64,000 nt of DNA. Origin: Turneriella sp. (lineage in GTDB: Bacteria > Spirochaetota > Leptospiria > Turneriellales > Turneriellaceae). The translations under genes and the position numbers were made by a program. This document shows positions 41,601 to 49,579 of this stretch, one piece after another; the stretch's first letter is position 1, and every line of letters starts with the position of its first letter. The notes beneath the pieces were generated by a model. That model had not been told where the DNA came from. It made no database searches and saw nothing but the letters and a program-made list of their open reading frames with translations. The stretch spans positions 4,416,001 through 4,480,000 of the forward strand of contig CBDIID010000003.1 in the NCBI GenBank assembly GCA_965279515.1, written 5' to 3'.

Positions 41601-42876
41601 CACGAATGTCGGCAGCATTTACGTCGTCGATCCCGCCGGTAAAGGTTGTATCGTCGGTGCCTTGGTGGATGGTTCAACGGGCAGCCAGCTGACACTCTCG
41701 AATGCGACGTTTACACTGAAAGACTGGAACGGTACAACGATTTCCGGTTCGCCGGCGCTTGACCCTGACGGAAAGCAGTTTGTTTTCCCCTCAGGTTGCA
41801 TTAATAATCCCGCAACAGATTGGGGGGCGTCGCCCTATACGTCACCGACCTACACATATTCCGCGGGCTTGAATTCCGGGGTCTATTCGCTGCAGGCAAG
41901 CGTACCGAATTACTACTCATTTACCGAATCGTCGATCGGTGTTACCAACAACGTTGCTGTTCATACGGGCTATCTGCCGATGGTGGGCACGTTTGCCGGC
42001 GGATCTAAAAATATCAAAATCATTCTGACCTGGGGAACAGGCGCAAAAGATCTGGATTTGCATGTTGTAGGTCCTAGCGTAACCGGGGATTGCCAGAACT
42101 ACAATTCCTCAGCCGTTGATAACTCTACCAAATTCCATGTTTACTTTCAACAGAAATATTGCGCTGATAGTGGTACGGCGGCTCCCGTTGGTTCGACGCA
42201 GCTGGCCGTGGATGATACATACGAGTATGGTCCGGAAATAATCAATTTCAACCCCGGCTATGCCGATTCTTCTGCGGTTTATAAGTTTTCTGTGTTCAAT
42301 AACGATGCAACCGCGCCAGATTGGACAAACAGCAAAGCCCGCATTTACGTATATGCGGGAAATTTCTACACCGGTGGCGGAGGACTAATAAAGACAATTG
42401 ATGTGCATACCAGTAATACAAATCGCCTTTGGCGCCCGTTCAAAATGTCTATTACTGGAACAACACTTACTATAGATGATAATGCAGGTTCTACTTTTGG
42501 TTATACTGCCGCCACTTATGCACAAATGGTCGGTACTTCAGATGGTCTTGGGCATGTATCCTCAATCGTCGCCACGGCTGGTGGTTCCGGCTATGTTTCT
42601 GTGCCGACTGTTACCATCGATCCGCCTGCCGGTGGTGGCACTACCGCTACGGCGACAGTAATTACTTCGGGCGGCATCGTAACCGGTTTTAACATCACCA
42701 ATCCCGGTACGGGTTATACGTCAACTCAGGGCGTAACGGTAACGTTTGCCGGTGGCGGCGGCGGTACAGGAGCTGCGGGGACGGGTATTGTTACCATCTC
42801 GGATCCAAACACTGATCCTGGTCTATTCAGTAACGGCACTACAGCAGCTGGTGGAGCTGGTCTCGCCGATTATTAG
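38662..42876 (+). CDS. Giant surface lipoprotein B, paralog of A
   Basis: RBS GAGG precedes ATG 38662; lipobox LSQAC; same module order; LTWG...DLDLH...DDTYEYGPEII. Confidence 0.85.
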   Translation: MFTQNHHLPRKTILIFFLGFILLSQACVGKFLSTMLSNEGANFKLIEVSAVANTRIRVSFNKPLDKTNGSGTVLSNYSIPGLNLVSVEAGSETHQVFLNLNPADSVRMDRTTYTLTVSNVLNQTLDPLLADGRSMSFTGAKYLQARCFNDDGTDSCPPLAATGAAFGYTIKIRGDYAVGSNYQWQLLSKNPGASPTTYVPASMCLNTKHTNYPTCNDNALPAYDNGLGAGTTTLGWSPTTPVSTPIKISGLMTLDYRIEFRVQDALGAWQPAGYESFKEFSVDSTSPAKIGLSGAGGPSSVPAYTTLTNVRITNISVRPRSCTEFPTPAPDCSASPEAPSHYKYQILYQAGSCPITVPSVLVNWTSEISANIPINYDMGTTEGCYSIRVLARDIAGNWQCLTDATDTTNGKCQHSIGVGQIDEFFTSRAYQVAHIQFDATAPTASFISGTTPNDPTASTSLTVGVTASADVPYFRYRISGPGQAGVWSGDKVSGLGGVANPFISGTPPGEFISASGLSNGGTYTIDIIGKDPAGNYQSTSSPTTYTFTVDTNVPTAVLTAYTGAGGCVGMQGLPNNPTNNNCFSVTVGGPGVTHYKATFVSGSACPNTDGAYGAATVIGTKYTNTSPGFVNGTTYSLCVRGGASITGPFGLAAGEITRYTFTFDNAPPTGTAVTQLLTPVYATAPASGTIRTVLKDADVIIGNASGEAVLAYKGAIYQTTDCVASPGLAAVQALTEKSVYTPIQKTGMANAEQRVCFIGRDAAGNYQTSVQQYSFTVFDPATPSDGGGANDNAYVSNFNYSWAGIPADVTEIRIRICTDAACASPIPGFQNGIAVCSSAAVCVGTTTYNVVSNCTGLGCIKALNGSRYYAQLKVTDAAGNASSFGTVSDGKVITGGVTGIIRDTNGNPVSGATVTLYDSSCTGAAYGAMASTGAGAFTISNATPAFPPIVLATNGHCIKVTASGGRQGTKQFISIDPATNTNVGSIYVVDPAGKGCIVGALVDGSTGSQLTLSNATFTLKDWNGTTISGSPALDPDGKQFVFPSGCINNPATDWGASPYTSPTYTYSAGLNSGVYSLQASVPNYYSFTESSIGVTNNVAVHTGYLPMVGTFAGGSKNIKIILTWGTGAKDLDLHVVGPSVTGDCQNYNSSAVDNSTKFHVYFQQKYCADSGTAAPVGSTQLAVDDTYEYGPEIINFNPGYADSSAVYKFSVFNNDATAPDWTNSKARIYVYAGNFYTGGGGLIKTIDVHTSNTNRLWRPFKMSITGTTLTIDDNAGSTFGYTAATYAQMVGTSDGLGHVSSIVATAGGSGYVSVPTVTIDPPAGGGTTATATVITSGGIVTGFNITNPGTGYTSTQGVTVTFAGGGGGTGAAGTGIVTISDPNTDPGLFSNGTTAAGGAGLADY

Positions 42877-42919
42877 GCCAAGCCCCGGTTAAATCCCTGA
42901 ATAAATCTTGCCCCCGGCT

Positions 42920-42935
42920 TGGCACCATCTATGCT
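42920..42935 (+). promoter_or_regulatory. sigma54 (-24/-12) promoter
   Basis: TGGCAC-CATCT-ATGCT with GG and GC exactly 12 nt apart. Confidence 0.6.
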
Positions 42936-42946
42936 GGTGCGAGTCG

Positions 42947-44371
42947 ATGGATCTTGCGAAGTACGATGTCGGCCCCTTCCACGACGAAATGTTCGTCACC
43001 GCCGGTTCTCCGCGCACGCATGCGCAGGCGATCGCGAAAAAAATCGCTGCGATGAGCCTTGCCGAACTTGCCGAATGCCGGCTGACTTCAGAGACCGCGC
43101 TGCGCCGCCTCGGTATTACCTTCAATGTCTATGGCGCAGAGGGGGCGCAGGAGCGCATCATGCCCTTCGACGTGATTCCACGGGTCATTGCAGCGGAGGA
43201 GTGGGACTACCTCGAAAAAGGTCTCGTGCAGCGCATCACTGCGCTCAACATGTTTCTCGAAGATCTTTACCACGATAAACACATCATCCGCGACAATATT
43301 ATTCCCGCCGACGTCGTCTATTCGAGTAAGGGGTACCTGAAAGAATGCGAGGGTTTTAGCCCCCCGAAAAAGATCTGGGTCCATATCACCGGCACCGATC
43401 TGATTTGCGACAGGCATGGCCGCATGCATGTGCTTGAAGACAATTTGCGCTGCCCATCGGGTGTCAGTTACGTGCTCGAGAACCGTGAACTCATGAAAGG
43501 CATCATGCCCGATATGTTTTATTCGGGCGACATTCGCCCGGTGTCGGATTATCCCTATCACCTGAGCCAGCTCATGCAGTATGTCTCGGGTAAAGACCGC
43601 CCCGTCATGGCGTTACTCACGCCGGGCATCTATAACTCCGCGTATTTTGAGCATTCGTTTCTCGCGCGCCAGATGGGGATTGAACTCGTCGAAGGGCGCG
43701 ATCTCGTCGTGCAGAACAATAAGCTCATGATGCGCACGACACGTGGCCTCACGCAGATCGACGTGCTCTACCGCCGCGTCGACGACACCTTTATCGACCC
43801 GACAGTTTTTAATCCCGATTCGGTTTTGGGCGCCGCGGGTATGTTTGGCGCCTACCGCGCCGGTAATCTCGCACTCATCAATGCGCCCGGTACCGGCGTG
43901 GCGGATGACAAAGTTGTCTATGCCTATGTGCCTGATATGATCAAGTATTACCTCAAGCAGGATATGATTATCCCGAATGTCGACACCTATCTTTGCTGGC
44001 GCGACAGCGACCGCGATTATGTGCTGAAGAATATTGAGAAGCTGGTCGTGAAAGCAGCGAATGAGGCGGGCGGTTATGGTATGCTGATCGGGCCGCATTC
44101 GACGAAGGCGGAACAGGAAGACTTCAAGGGCCGTATCCTGGCGAACCCGCGTAACTACATCGCGCAGCCGACGATTTCACTTTCGCGTACGCCGACACTG
44201 ATCGGTGACAAACTCGAGGGGCGGCATGTGGATTTAAGGCCGTATATCCTTTATGGTGAAAAAATTCAGATCATACCGGGGGGCCTGACGCGCGTGGCGC
44301 TCAAGCAAGGTTCGCTGGTGGTGAATTCGTCGCAGGGTGGCGGCAGCAAAGACACCTGGGTGATGCGCTGA
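42947..44371 (+). CDS. Circularly permuted type 2 ATP-grasp protein
   Basis: GITF.VYG, PFD.IPR, VLEDNLRCPSGVSY, NSAYFEH, HVDLRP and GGLTRVAL..GSLVVNSSQGGGSKDTWV. Confidence 0.95.
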   Translation: MDLAKYDVGPFHDEMFVTAGSPRTHAQAIAKKIAAMSLAELAECRLTSETALRRLGITFNVYGAEGAQERIMPFDVIPRVIAAEEWDYLEKGLVQRITALNMFLEDLYHDKHIIRDNIIPADVVYSSKGYLKECEGFSPPKKIWVHITGTDLICDRHGRMHVLEDNLRCPSGVSYVLENRELMKGIMPDMFYSGDIRPVSDYPYHLSQLMQYVSGKDRPVMALLTPGIYNSAYFEHSFLARQMGIELVEGRDLVVQNNKLMMRTTRGLTQIDVLYRRVDDTFIDPTVFNPDSVLGAAGMFGAYRAGNLALINAPGTGVADDKVVYAYVPDMIKYYLKQDMIIPNVDTYLCWRDSDRDYVLKNIEKLVVKAANEAGGYGMLIGPHSTKAEQEDFKGRILANPRNYIAQPTISLSRTPTLIGDKLEGRHVDLRPYILYGEKIQIIPGGLTRVALKQGSLVVNSSQGGGSKDTWVMR

Positions 44372-45348
44372 TGCTGAGCCGCGCCGCAGAAAACATTTTC
44401 TGGCTCAACCGCTATCTCGAGCGTGCGGATAACTATGCACGTTTCATCGATGTGAATCTCAATATCAGCCTCGAAATGCCGCCCAGCTATGAAAGCCAGT
44501 GGCTGCCGCTTGTCGAAACCACGGGCGACACCGAATTATTCCATGAACTCTATAAAGAAGCGACAGCTGAAAATGTCATCCGCTTTCTCGCCACCGACGT
44601 GCAGAACCCGAATTCGATCCGTTCATGCCTCAATGCCGCCCGTGAGAACGCGCGCATCGTGCGCGAGAATATCTCGATCGAGATGTGGGAAGCCATCAAC
44701 ACGCTCTATCTCTGGGTGCAGAATTTCCAGTCGCATGCTGGCAGCAATTCGCCCACGGCGCTGATCGATTTCTTCAAGGAGATCCGCAAGACAGTGATGT
44801 TGTTCTATGGCACCATGGACGATTCGATTTCGCATGGTGAGGCGTGGCACTTTGGCCGTCTCGGGCGCTTCCTGGAGCGCGCCGACAAGACCTGCCGCAT
44901 TCTCGACATGAAATATTTTATCCTGTTGCCCAAAGTTTCCGACGTGGGCACCTCGATCGACCAGCTGCAGTGGGCGGCGCTGCTAAAATCGACGAGCGGC
45001 CTGCAGGTCTACCGCCGGCAGTACGGGCAGATCGACGCGACGAATATTCCAACATTTTTGATCTTCGACCGCGAGTTCCCGCGCGCGTTGAAATACTGCC
45101 TGATCTGGATCAACCACTCGCTGCACGAGCTCACGGGCACCGAAGTCTATTCGTTCAGTAACCATGCTGAGAAGAAGGCGGGGGCGTTCTTATCCGAACT
45201 CGATTATAAGGACTATGCCGAGGTCAAGGCGCAGGGCTTGCACGAGTTTCTCGACTACGCCCAACTCAAGTGCAATGATATCGGCGCGGCGATCGGTGAG
45301 ACGTTTTTTGCGCCGGTCATCGCGGCGTCTCAAACCCAGTCGCAATAA
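44371..45348 (+). CDS. Alpha-E domain protein
   Basis: MLSR.A...FW..RYLERA, ARENAR..RE.IS.EMWE and GRFLERADKT.R.L; start overlaps the ATP-grasp stop. Confidence 0.95.
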   Translation: MLSRAAENIFWLNRYLERADNYARFIDVNLNISLEMPPSYESQWLPLVETTGDTELFHELYKEATAENVIRFLATDVQNPNSIRSCLNAARENARIVRENISIEMWEAINTLYLWVQNFQSHAGSNSPTALIDFFKEIRKTVMLFYGTMDDSISHGEAWHFGRLGRFLERADKTCRILDMKYFILLPKVSDVGTSIDQLQWAALLKSTSGLQVYRRQYGQIDATNIPTFLIFDREFPRALKYCLIWINHSLHELTGTEVYSFSNHAEKKAGAFLSELDYKDYAEVKAQGLHEFLDYAQLKCNDIGAAIGETFFAPVIAASQTQSQ

Positions 45349-45354
45349 TTTTCA

Positions 45355-45376
45355 CTGCTATGGAATTCCATAGCAG
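45355..45376. repeat. Perfect 22-bp palindrome
   Basis: CTGCTATGGAATTCCATAGCAG equals its own reverse complement. Confidence 0.9.
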
Positions 45377-45419
45377 ATAGCCTCACGTCAGCGTTCTCTT
45401 CCTTCAGGGTTGATATATT

Positions 45420-45447
45420 CTGGATTCCCGCGTCCGCAGGAATGACG
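45420..45447. repeat. dRS3/REP-like palindromic element
   Basis: CTGG-ATTCCC-N8-AGGAAT-GACG, one mismatch from the ATTCCC-N8-GGGAAT repeat family. Confidence 0.55.
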
Positions 45448-45575
45448 GAGCTATACGAATGCCGGATTCGCGCGCATTTCAGCTAAACTCCAACCTCGTT
45501 CGAAACTAACATTTCCATAAAAACTCCCACTTTTTGATCTTTTTCACATTTATTGCTTTACGTATAAACACGTAT

Positions 45576-45595
45576 GCATAAATATGTATTTATGC
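45576..45595. promoter_or_regulatory. Palindromic TA operator overlapping the antitoxin start
   Basis: GCATAAATA-TG-TATTTATGC; TTGCTT lies at 45553-45558 upstream. Confidence 0.6.
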
Positions 45596-45867
45596 GAACC
45601 ACCATTGACCTCCCGGTGGATATTTACCGTAAGGCGAAGGCTGAAGCAGCCCTGCGCGGCGTGAAGCTGCGCGATATGGTGGTGACGAGTCTGTCCCGGG
45701 AGCTGAACCGGGCCGATAGCGCCTTAAACCAGGGCGGCAGCGTCCGAATCGACGAATTCATGGCCTCTTTAGATGAGTTGAGCGGGCAGGTGGGGCAATC
45801 CCACTCGAGCCCCCTGGGTCAGCTTATGATGCAGCGCAACACGCCGCAAGGGGCTGAGGGCGTCTAA
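45592..45867 (+). CDS. vapB: VapB-like RHH antitoxin
   Basis: MRTTIDLP...YRKAKAEAALRG..LRD RHH pattern; stop overlaps the PIN gene start. Confidence 0.8.
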   Translation: MRTTIDLPVDIYRKAKAEAALRGVKLRDMVVTSLSRELNRADSALNQGGSVRIDEFMASLDELSGQVGQSHSSPLGQLMMQRNTPQGAEGV

Positions 45868-46397
45868 TGATCGGAGCGCGGAAGTTGACGATCGACGCGA
45901 GTGTCTATCTCGCTGCGCTCGAGAACCCCGCTTCGGGTGTGAACGAGGCCCGTGTCTTTTTGCGTCAGGTGCTCTCCGAAGGTTATGAGCTGCATCTGCC
46001 GCGCCTGTTTTTGCTCGAGCTGATTGTGGCGCTGCGTACGCTGCTCAATGTGAAGTCGGTCTATGCGACGCTCGCGCGCCAGTGGGCGATTGCCGAGAAC
46101 GTGCGCTGGCTCGATGCCGACAGCTCGTTTACCCGCGCTGCCTGCGAGCTCGCCGACCAGGCAAATCTGCGCGTTTCCGATGCAATTTATGCTGTAACTG
46201 CCCGTATCTCGGGCGGGGTGCTCGTGAGCCTCGACCCGGCGATGCTAGAGCGTGTTGGCTCGCATGTCAGTGTGTTTACGCCGGCGAATTTTATGGGGCA
46301 GGTAAGTTCGACGCAAAAGGGGGATATCCCCCGTGCAGATAGCCCAGCCGCTGATTCGACAACGACCGAAATTCCCTCGGGAGATTCGCCACAATGA
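45867..46397 (+). CDS. vapC: VapC-like PIN-domain toxin
   Basis: Acidic PIN residues in IDASV, LLEL, SDAIY and VSLD. Confidence 0.85.
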   Translation: MIGARKLTIDASVYLAALENPASGVNEARVFLRQVLSEGYELHLPRLFLLELIVALRTLLNVKSVYATLARQWAIAENVRWLDADSSFTRAACELADQANLRVSDAIYAVTARISGGVLVSLDPAMLERVGSHVSVFTPANFMGQVSSTQKGDIPRADSPAADSTTTEIPSGDSPQ

Positions 46398-46422
46398 CCG
46401 ATACCCAATATAGGATAAACCT

Positions 46423-46857
46423 ATGATAACCGAAACAGGACTATGGGGTCGTACTCAATATATGCTCGAAAAGGGCATGGATGTGGCACAGATGAGACAT
46501 AAGGTCTTTGCCAATAATATCGCCAATGTCGACACGCCGCATTTCAAGCGCAGCGAAGTCGGCTTTGAGGCCGAGATGCGCCGCACGCTCGATCTCGAAA
46601 AGCATGTCGAAGAAAACGGGATTCCCGCGCGCATGACCGACGAGCGCCATATCCCGTTTTTCCGTTCGCGCGATATCCGTGACGTGCAGGCGCGCTCACA
46701 CATTGACTATAACTCGACGATGCGCAACGATGGCAATAACGTCGATCCGGAGCATGAAGTCGCCGAGCAGACGAAGAATATGATGACCTTCCAGGCGCTG
46801 ACAACGATTATGAATCATAACTTCCGCACGATCAATATCGTGAACAGGGTGGCGTAA
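46423..46857 (+). CDS. flgB: Flagellar rod protein FlgB
   Basis: ANNIANVDTP.FKR and RNDGNNVD. Confidence 0.96.
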   Translation: MITETGLWGRTQYMLEKGMDVAQMRHKVFANNIANVDTPHFKRSEVGFEAEMRRTLDLEKHVEENGIPARMTDERHIPFFRSRDIRDVQARSHIDYNSTMRNDGNNVDPEHEVAEQTKNMMTFQALTTIMNHNFRTINIVNRVA

Positions 46858-46873
46858 GGGTTGGCTAAACCAT

Positions 46874-47332
46874 ATGTTTGAATCAATTAACATAGCATCC
46901 ACTGGTCTCACCGCGCAGCGTCTGAAAATGGACGTGATCTCGAACAATATTGCGAACGCATCGACGACACGCACCAACGAAGGCGATGGCCCTTACCGCA
47001 AGCGCCGCGTCGTCATGCAGCCGGTGAATACACGTACGAACTGGAAATCTCCGGTTTATCCGTTTGGCCTAAGGGCAGGGGATGGCGAAGGTGTGCGCGT
47101 CTCTAAAATCGAGCGCGATGAAACCTCGCCCGTGCGTCTTGTTTTTGATCCGTCGCATCCCGATGCGGTTAAGGTCGGCCCGAAAAAGGGCTATGTCGAA
47201 TACCCGAACGTCGATATCGTTTCCGAGATGGTCGACATGATCGCCGCGAGCCGCAGCTATGAAGCCAACTCGCAGGCGATCCAGGGTGCGAAGTCCATGT
47301 TCCAGAGTGCATTACAGATAGGCAGAGCGTAA
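46874..47332 (+). CDS. flgC: Flagellar rod protein FlgC
   Basis: GLTAQR..MDVISNNIAN, DPSHPDA and YPNVD...EMVDMI.ASRSYEAN. Confidence 0.97.
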   Translation: MFESINIASTGLTAQRLKMDVISNNIANASTTRTNEGDGPYRKRRVVMQPVNTRTNWKSPVYPFGLRAGDGEGVRVSKIERDETSPVRLVFDPSHPDAVKVGPKKGYVEYPNVDIVSEMVDMIAASRSYEANSQAIQGAKSMFQSALQIGRA

Positions 47333-47352
47333 GAGATAAAGAGGTATAAAAG

Positions 47353-47697
47353 ATGTTACCAATTACAGAAAACTTTTTCCATCAAAACAACGTAACGGGA
47401 GATTTTGTTTCCCTGAAAACTTCTGACGCCCGCCACAACAATGGTCGTCCGATCAAGGTGCTCGGTGAAGATCCCGCAAAGAATTTCTCCGACGCCATGG
47501 TCATGGCGCTCGAAAAGGTGAATGAGCAGCAGGTGTCGGCGGAGACGCTCGGTCAGAAAGTTGTTTCCGATCCTAAAGGCGTCGAAGCGCACACGCTGAT
47601 GATCCAGGCCGAAAAGGCACGTATGTCGCTGACGTTGGTGAAGAATATCGCCGATCTCGCAGTGCGCACGTACCGCGAACTTTCTAACCTGAGATAA
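47353..47697 (+). CDS. fliE: Hook-basal body protein FliE
   Basis: F...M..ALEKVN..Q and H.LMI..EKA.MSL....NI....V..YRE; follows flgC. Confidence 0.88.
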   Translation: MLPITENFFHQNNVTGDFVSLKTSDARHNNGRPIKVLGEDPAKNFSDAMVMALEKVNEQQVSAETLGQKVVSDPKGVEAHTLMIQAEKARMSLTLVKNIADLAVRTYRELSNLR

Positions 47698-47880
47698 TCC
47701 ATGGCGGTTAAGATGCAAGGCATTCAGTCTAAGGTGCGCGGGTCTGGTGAAAACCCGGCCGCGTGCCAGGCGCGCCCTGTGCTCCGTTCGTTTTTTAATT
47801 TTAAGATGAGACATAAAACCGAAGGTGTAATATTTCTCGCGCCTCGCGAGCGATATTACAAGGAAATATAAGGAGTTCCC

Positions 47881-49578
47881 ATGCCACCGTTTGTAAAAGA
47901 TATTCTCGATCGTCTGAAATCCCTTTCAGGCAAACTCGATACGACGAAGAAGATTATTCTGGGTTCCGCGCTTGCGGTCGTCGTTACGGCGCTCGTGATC
48001 ATCGGCAATGTCTCATCGGAGAAGTCTAGCGTTGTGCTCTTTAAAGGCATGGAAACGAAAGATTTTGCCGCGGTGACCGCGAAACTCGGCGAAATGGGGT
48101 TCCATTACACCACTTCGGGTACCGATACGATCTACATCTCGCCCGAAAAGAAAAGCGCGGCGATGGTGGCACTGGCGCAAGAAAGTCTCATTCCGCAGGG
48201 CGTGCATGGCTGGGAACTCTTCGACATCGACAAATGGTCGGAGACGCAATTCGAGAAAGATATCAAGAAGCAACGCGCACTCTCCGGCGCGATTGCTGCC
48301 ACCCTCAAGAACGTGAAGGGCGTCGAGCGCGCGCAGGTTAACCTCGCTTTCCCGGCTGAAGAGCTCTTCCAGGAAAAGACGGAACCCGTAACTGCGGCAG
48401 TGCTCCTTGAGTACAAGCCGGGTGTAGAAAAGCTCTCTGTCAAAGAAATCAAAGGCATCGAGACGTTGGTGGCGCGCTCGGTTCCCGGTTTGAAGAAAGA
48501 AAATGTGACGATTGCAGGGCCAGATGGCGACGTCATCAATGAGCTCGATACCGAAGCCGATAAAGCAAAAGCTGAAATCAAAGACGTCGAGGCAAAGCTG
48601 CGCATCCAGGAAGGTCAGCGCACGAAGCTGTTGGCCGATATCCGTAAGTCGCTCACGAAATTTTATGGCGAAGGTGTCTACGGGGACCGTTATGATGTGG
48701 TACGCCTCGAAGCGAAGCTGCGCTGGGATAAAGAAGAGCGCGAAGAAAATCTCGTGAGCCCCGTTGTCATGGTTGAGGACGATCCTAAGACTCCTTACTC
48801 CGAACGCGTGGTTAAAGACTCGCTGAAGGTCTCGTCGAAGACAACAACTGAGGAGTTCGAAGGCAACGGTTTTACACCGGAAGGCCCGGCGGGTACCGAG
48901 CCCAATATCCCGCCCGGATATAAAGACCGCGATTATCAGAAAGCAAAGTATACTAAAAAAGAAGATATTGAAAACAACAAATTCAACGAAACGCACCGCA
49001 AGATCAAGAAGCAGCCGTTCGAACTCGAACGCGTGAACCTCGCTGTACTCCTGGACGGCAAGTGGGAACGTTTAGGTATCAAAGCCGATCAATCCGGCTA
49101 TGACCGCAAGTACCTGGGCGTCGCGGATGAAGAGCTTTTGAAGGTGACCGACGTGCTCAAGAAGTCGATTGGCTTCGACATCGGCCGCGGCGACCAGATT
49201 TCGGTAAAGCACCTGCAGATCGACCGCAGCAAGCAGTTTGAAGCGGAAGATGAAGAACTGCGCGCGCAGATCGCCCGCCGCAAACTGCTCATCGGTATCC
49301 TTATAACCCTGATTGCCCTGGCTATCGCCTATGTGGCCTACATCTTCATCAAACGTGAGATCGAGCGCCGCCGTCGCCTCCGTGAAGAAGAGCTTGCCGC
49401 CCGCCAGGCGATGATGCGCGATGCCGCACTCCGTGCAATTGAGGAAGAAGGTGTGGAAGTAGAACTCTCGATTGAAGAACAGGCCCGCCGTGCGATGATC
49501 GAGAATGCGATCAACCTGGCGAAAGAACGTCCCGATGATGTAGTACAGCTTCTGAGAACGTGGTTGTCGGAGGATTAA
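47881..49578 (+). CDS. fliF: MS-ring protein FliF
   Basis: Two TMs, GWELFD, A.VNLAFP, GP.GTE.N, GFD..RGDQISV and C-terminal LLRTWL. Confidence 0.95.
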   Translation: MPPFVKDILDRLKSLSGKLDTTKKIILGSALAVVVTALVIIGNVSSEKSSVVLFKGMETKDFAAVTAKLGEMGFHYTTSGTDTIYISPEKKSAAMVALAQESLIPQGVHGWELFDIDKWSETQFEKDIKKQRALSGAIAATLKNVKGVERAQVNLAFPAEELFQEKTEPVTAAVLLEYKPGVEKLSVKEIKGIETLVARSVPGLKKENVTIAGPDGDVINELDTEADKAKAEIKDVEAKLRIQEGQRTKLLADIRKSLTKFYGEGVYGDRYDVVRLEAKLRWDKEEREENLVSPVVMVEDDPKTPYSERVVKDSLKVSSKTTTEEFEGNGFTPEGPAGTEPNIPPGYKDRDYQKAKYTKKEDIENNKFNETHRKIKKQPFELERVNLAVLLDGKWERLGIKADQSGYDRKYLGVADEELLKVTDVLKKSIGFDIGRGDQISVKHLQIDRSKQFEAEDEELRAQIARRKLLIGILITLIALAIAYVAYIFIKREIERRRRLREEELAARQAMMRDAALRAIEEEGVEVELSIEEQARRAMIENAINLAKERPDDVVQLLRTWLSED

Positions 49579-49579
49579 T

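Noticed and set aside
35111..42876. Diversity-generating retroelement or CRISPR-like DNA repeats in the giant genes
   Set aside because: The repeats are visible only at protein level; no reverse transcriptase, template repeat or cas genes seen.
47700..47800. c-di-GMP-I riboswitch (GCACAGGGC on the minus strand)
   Set aside because: Lacks the GCAAA/GAAA tetraloop and receptor elements, and faces away from fliF.
48013..48996. Long antisense ORFs (also 28274..29035, 52531..53397 and 59771..61048)
   Set aside because: Antisense shadows of well-supported genes, expected from codon bias.
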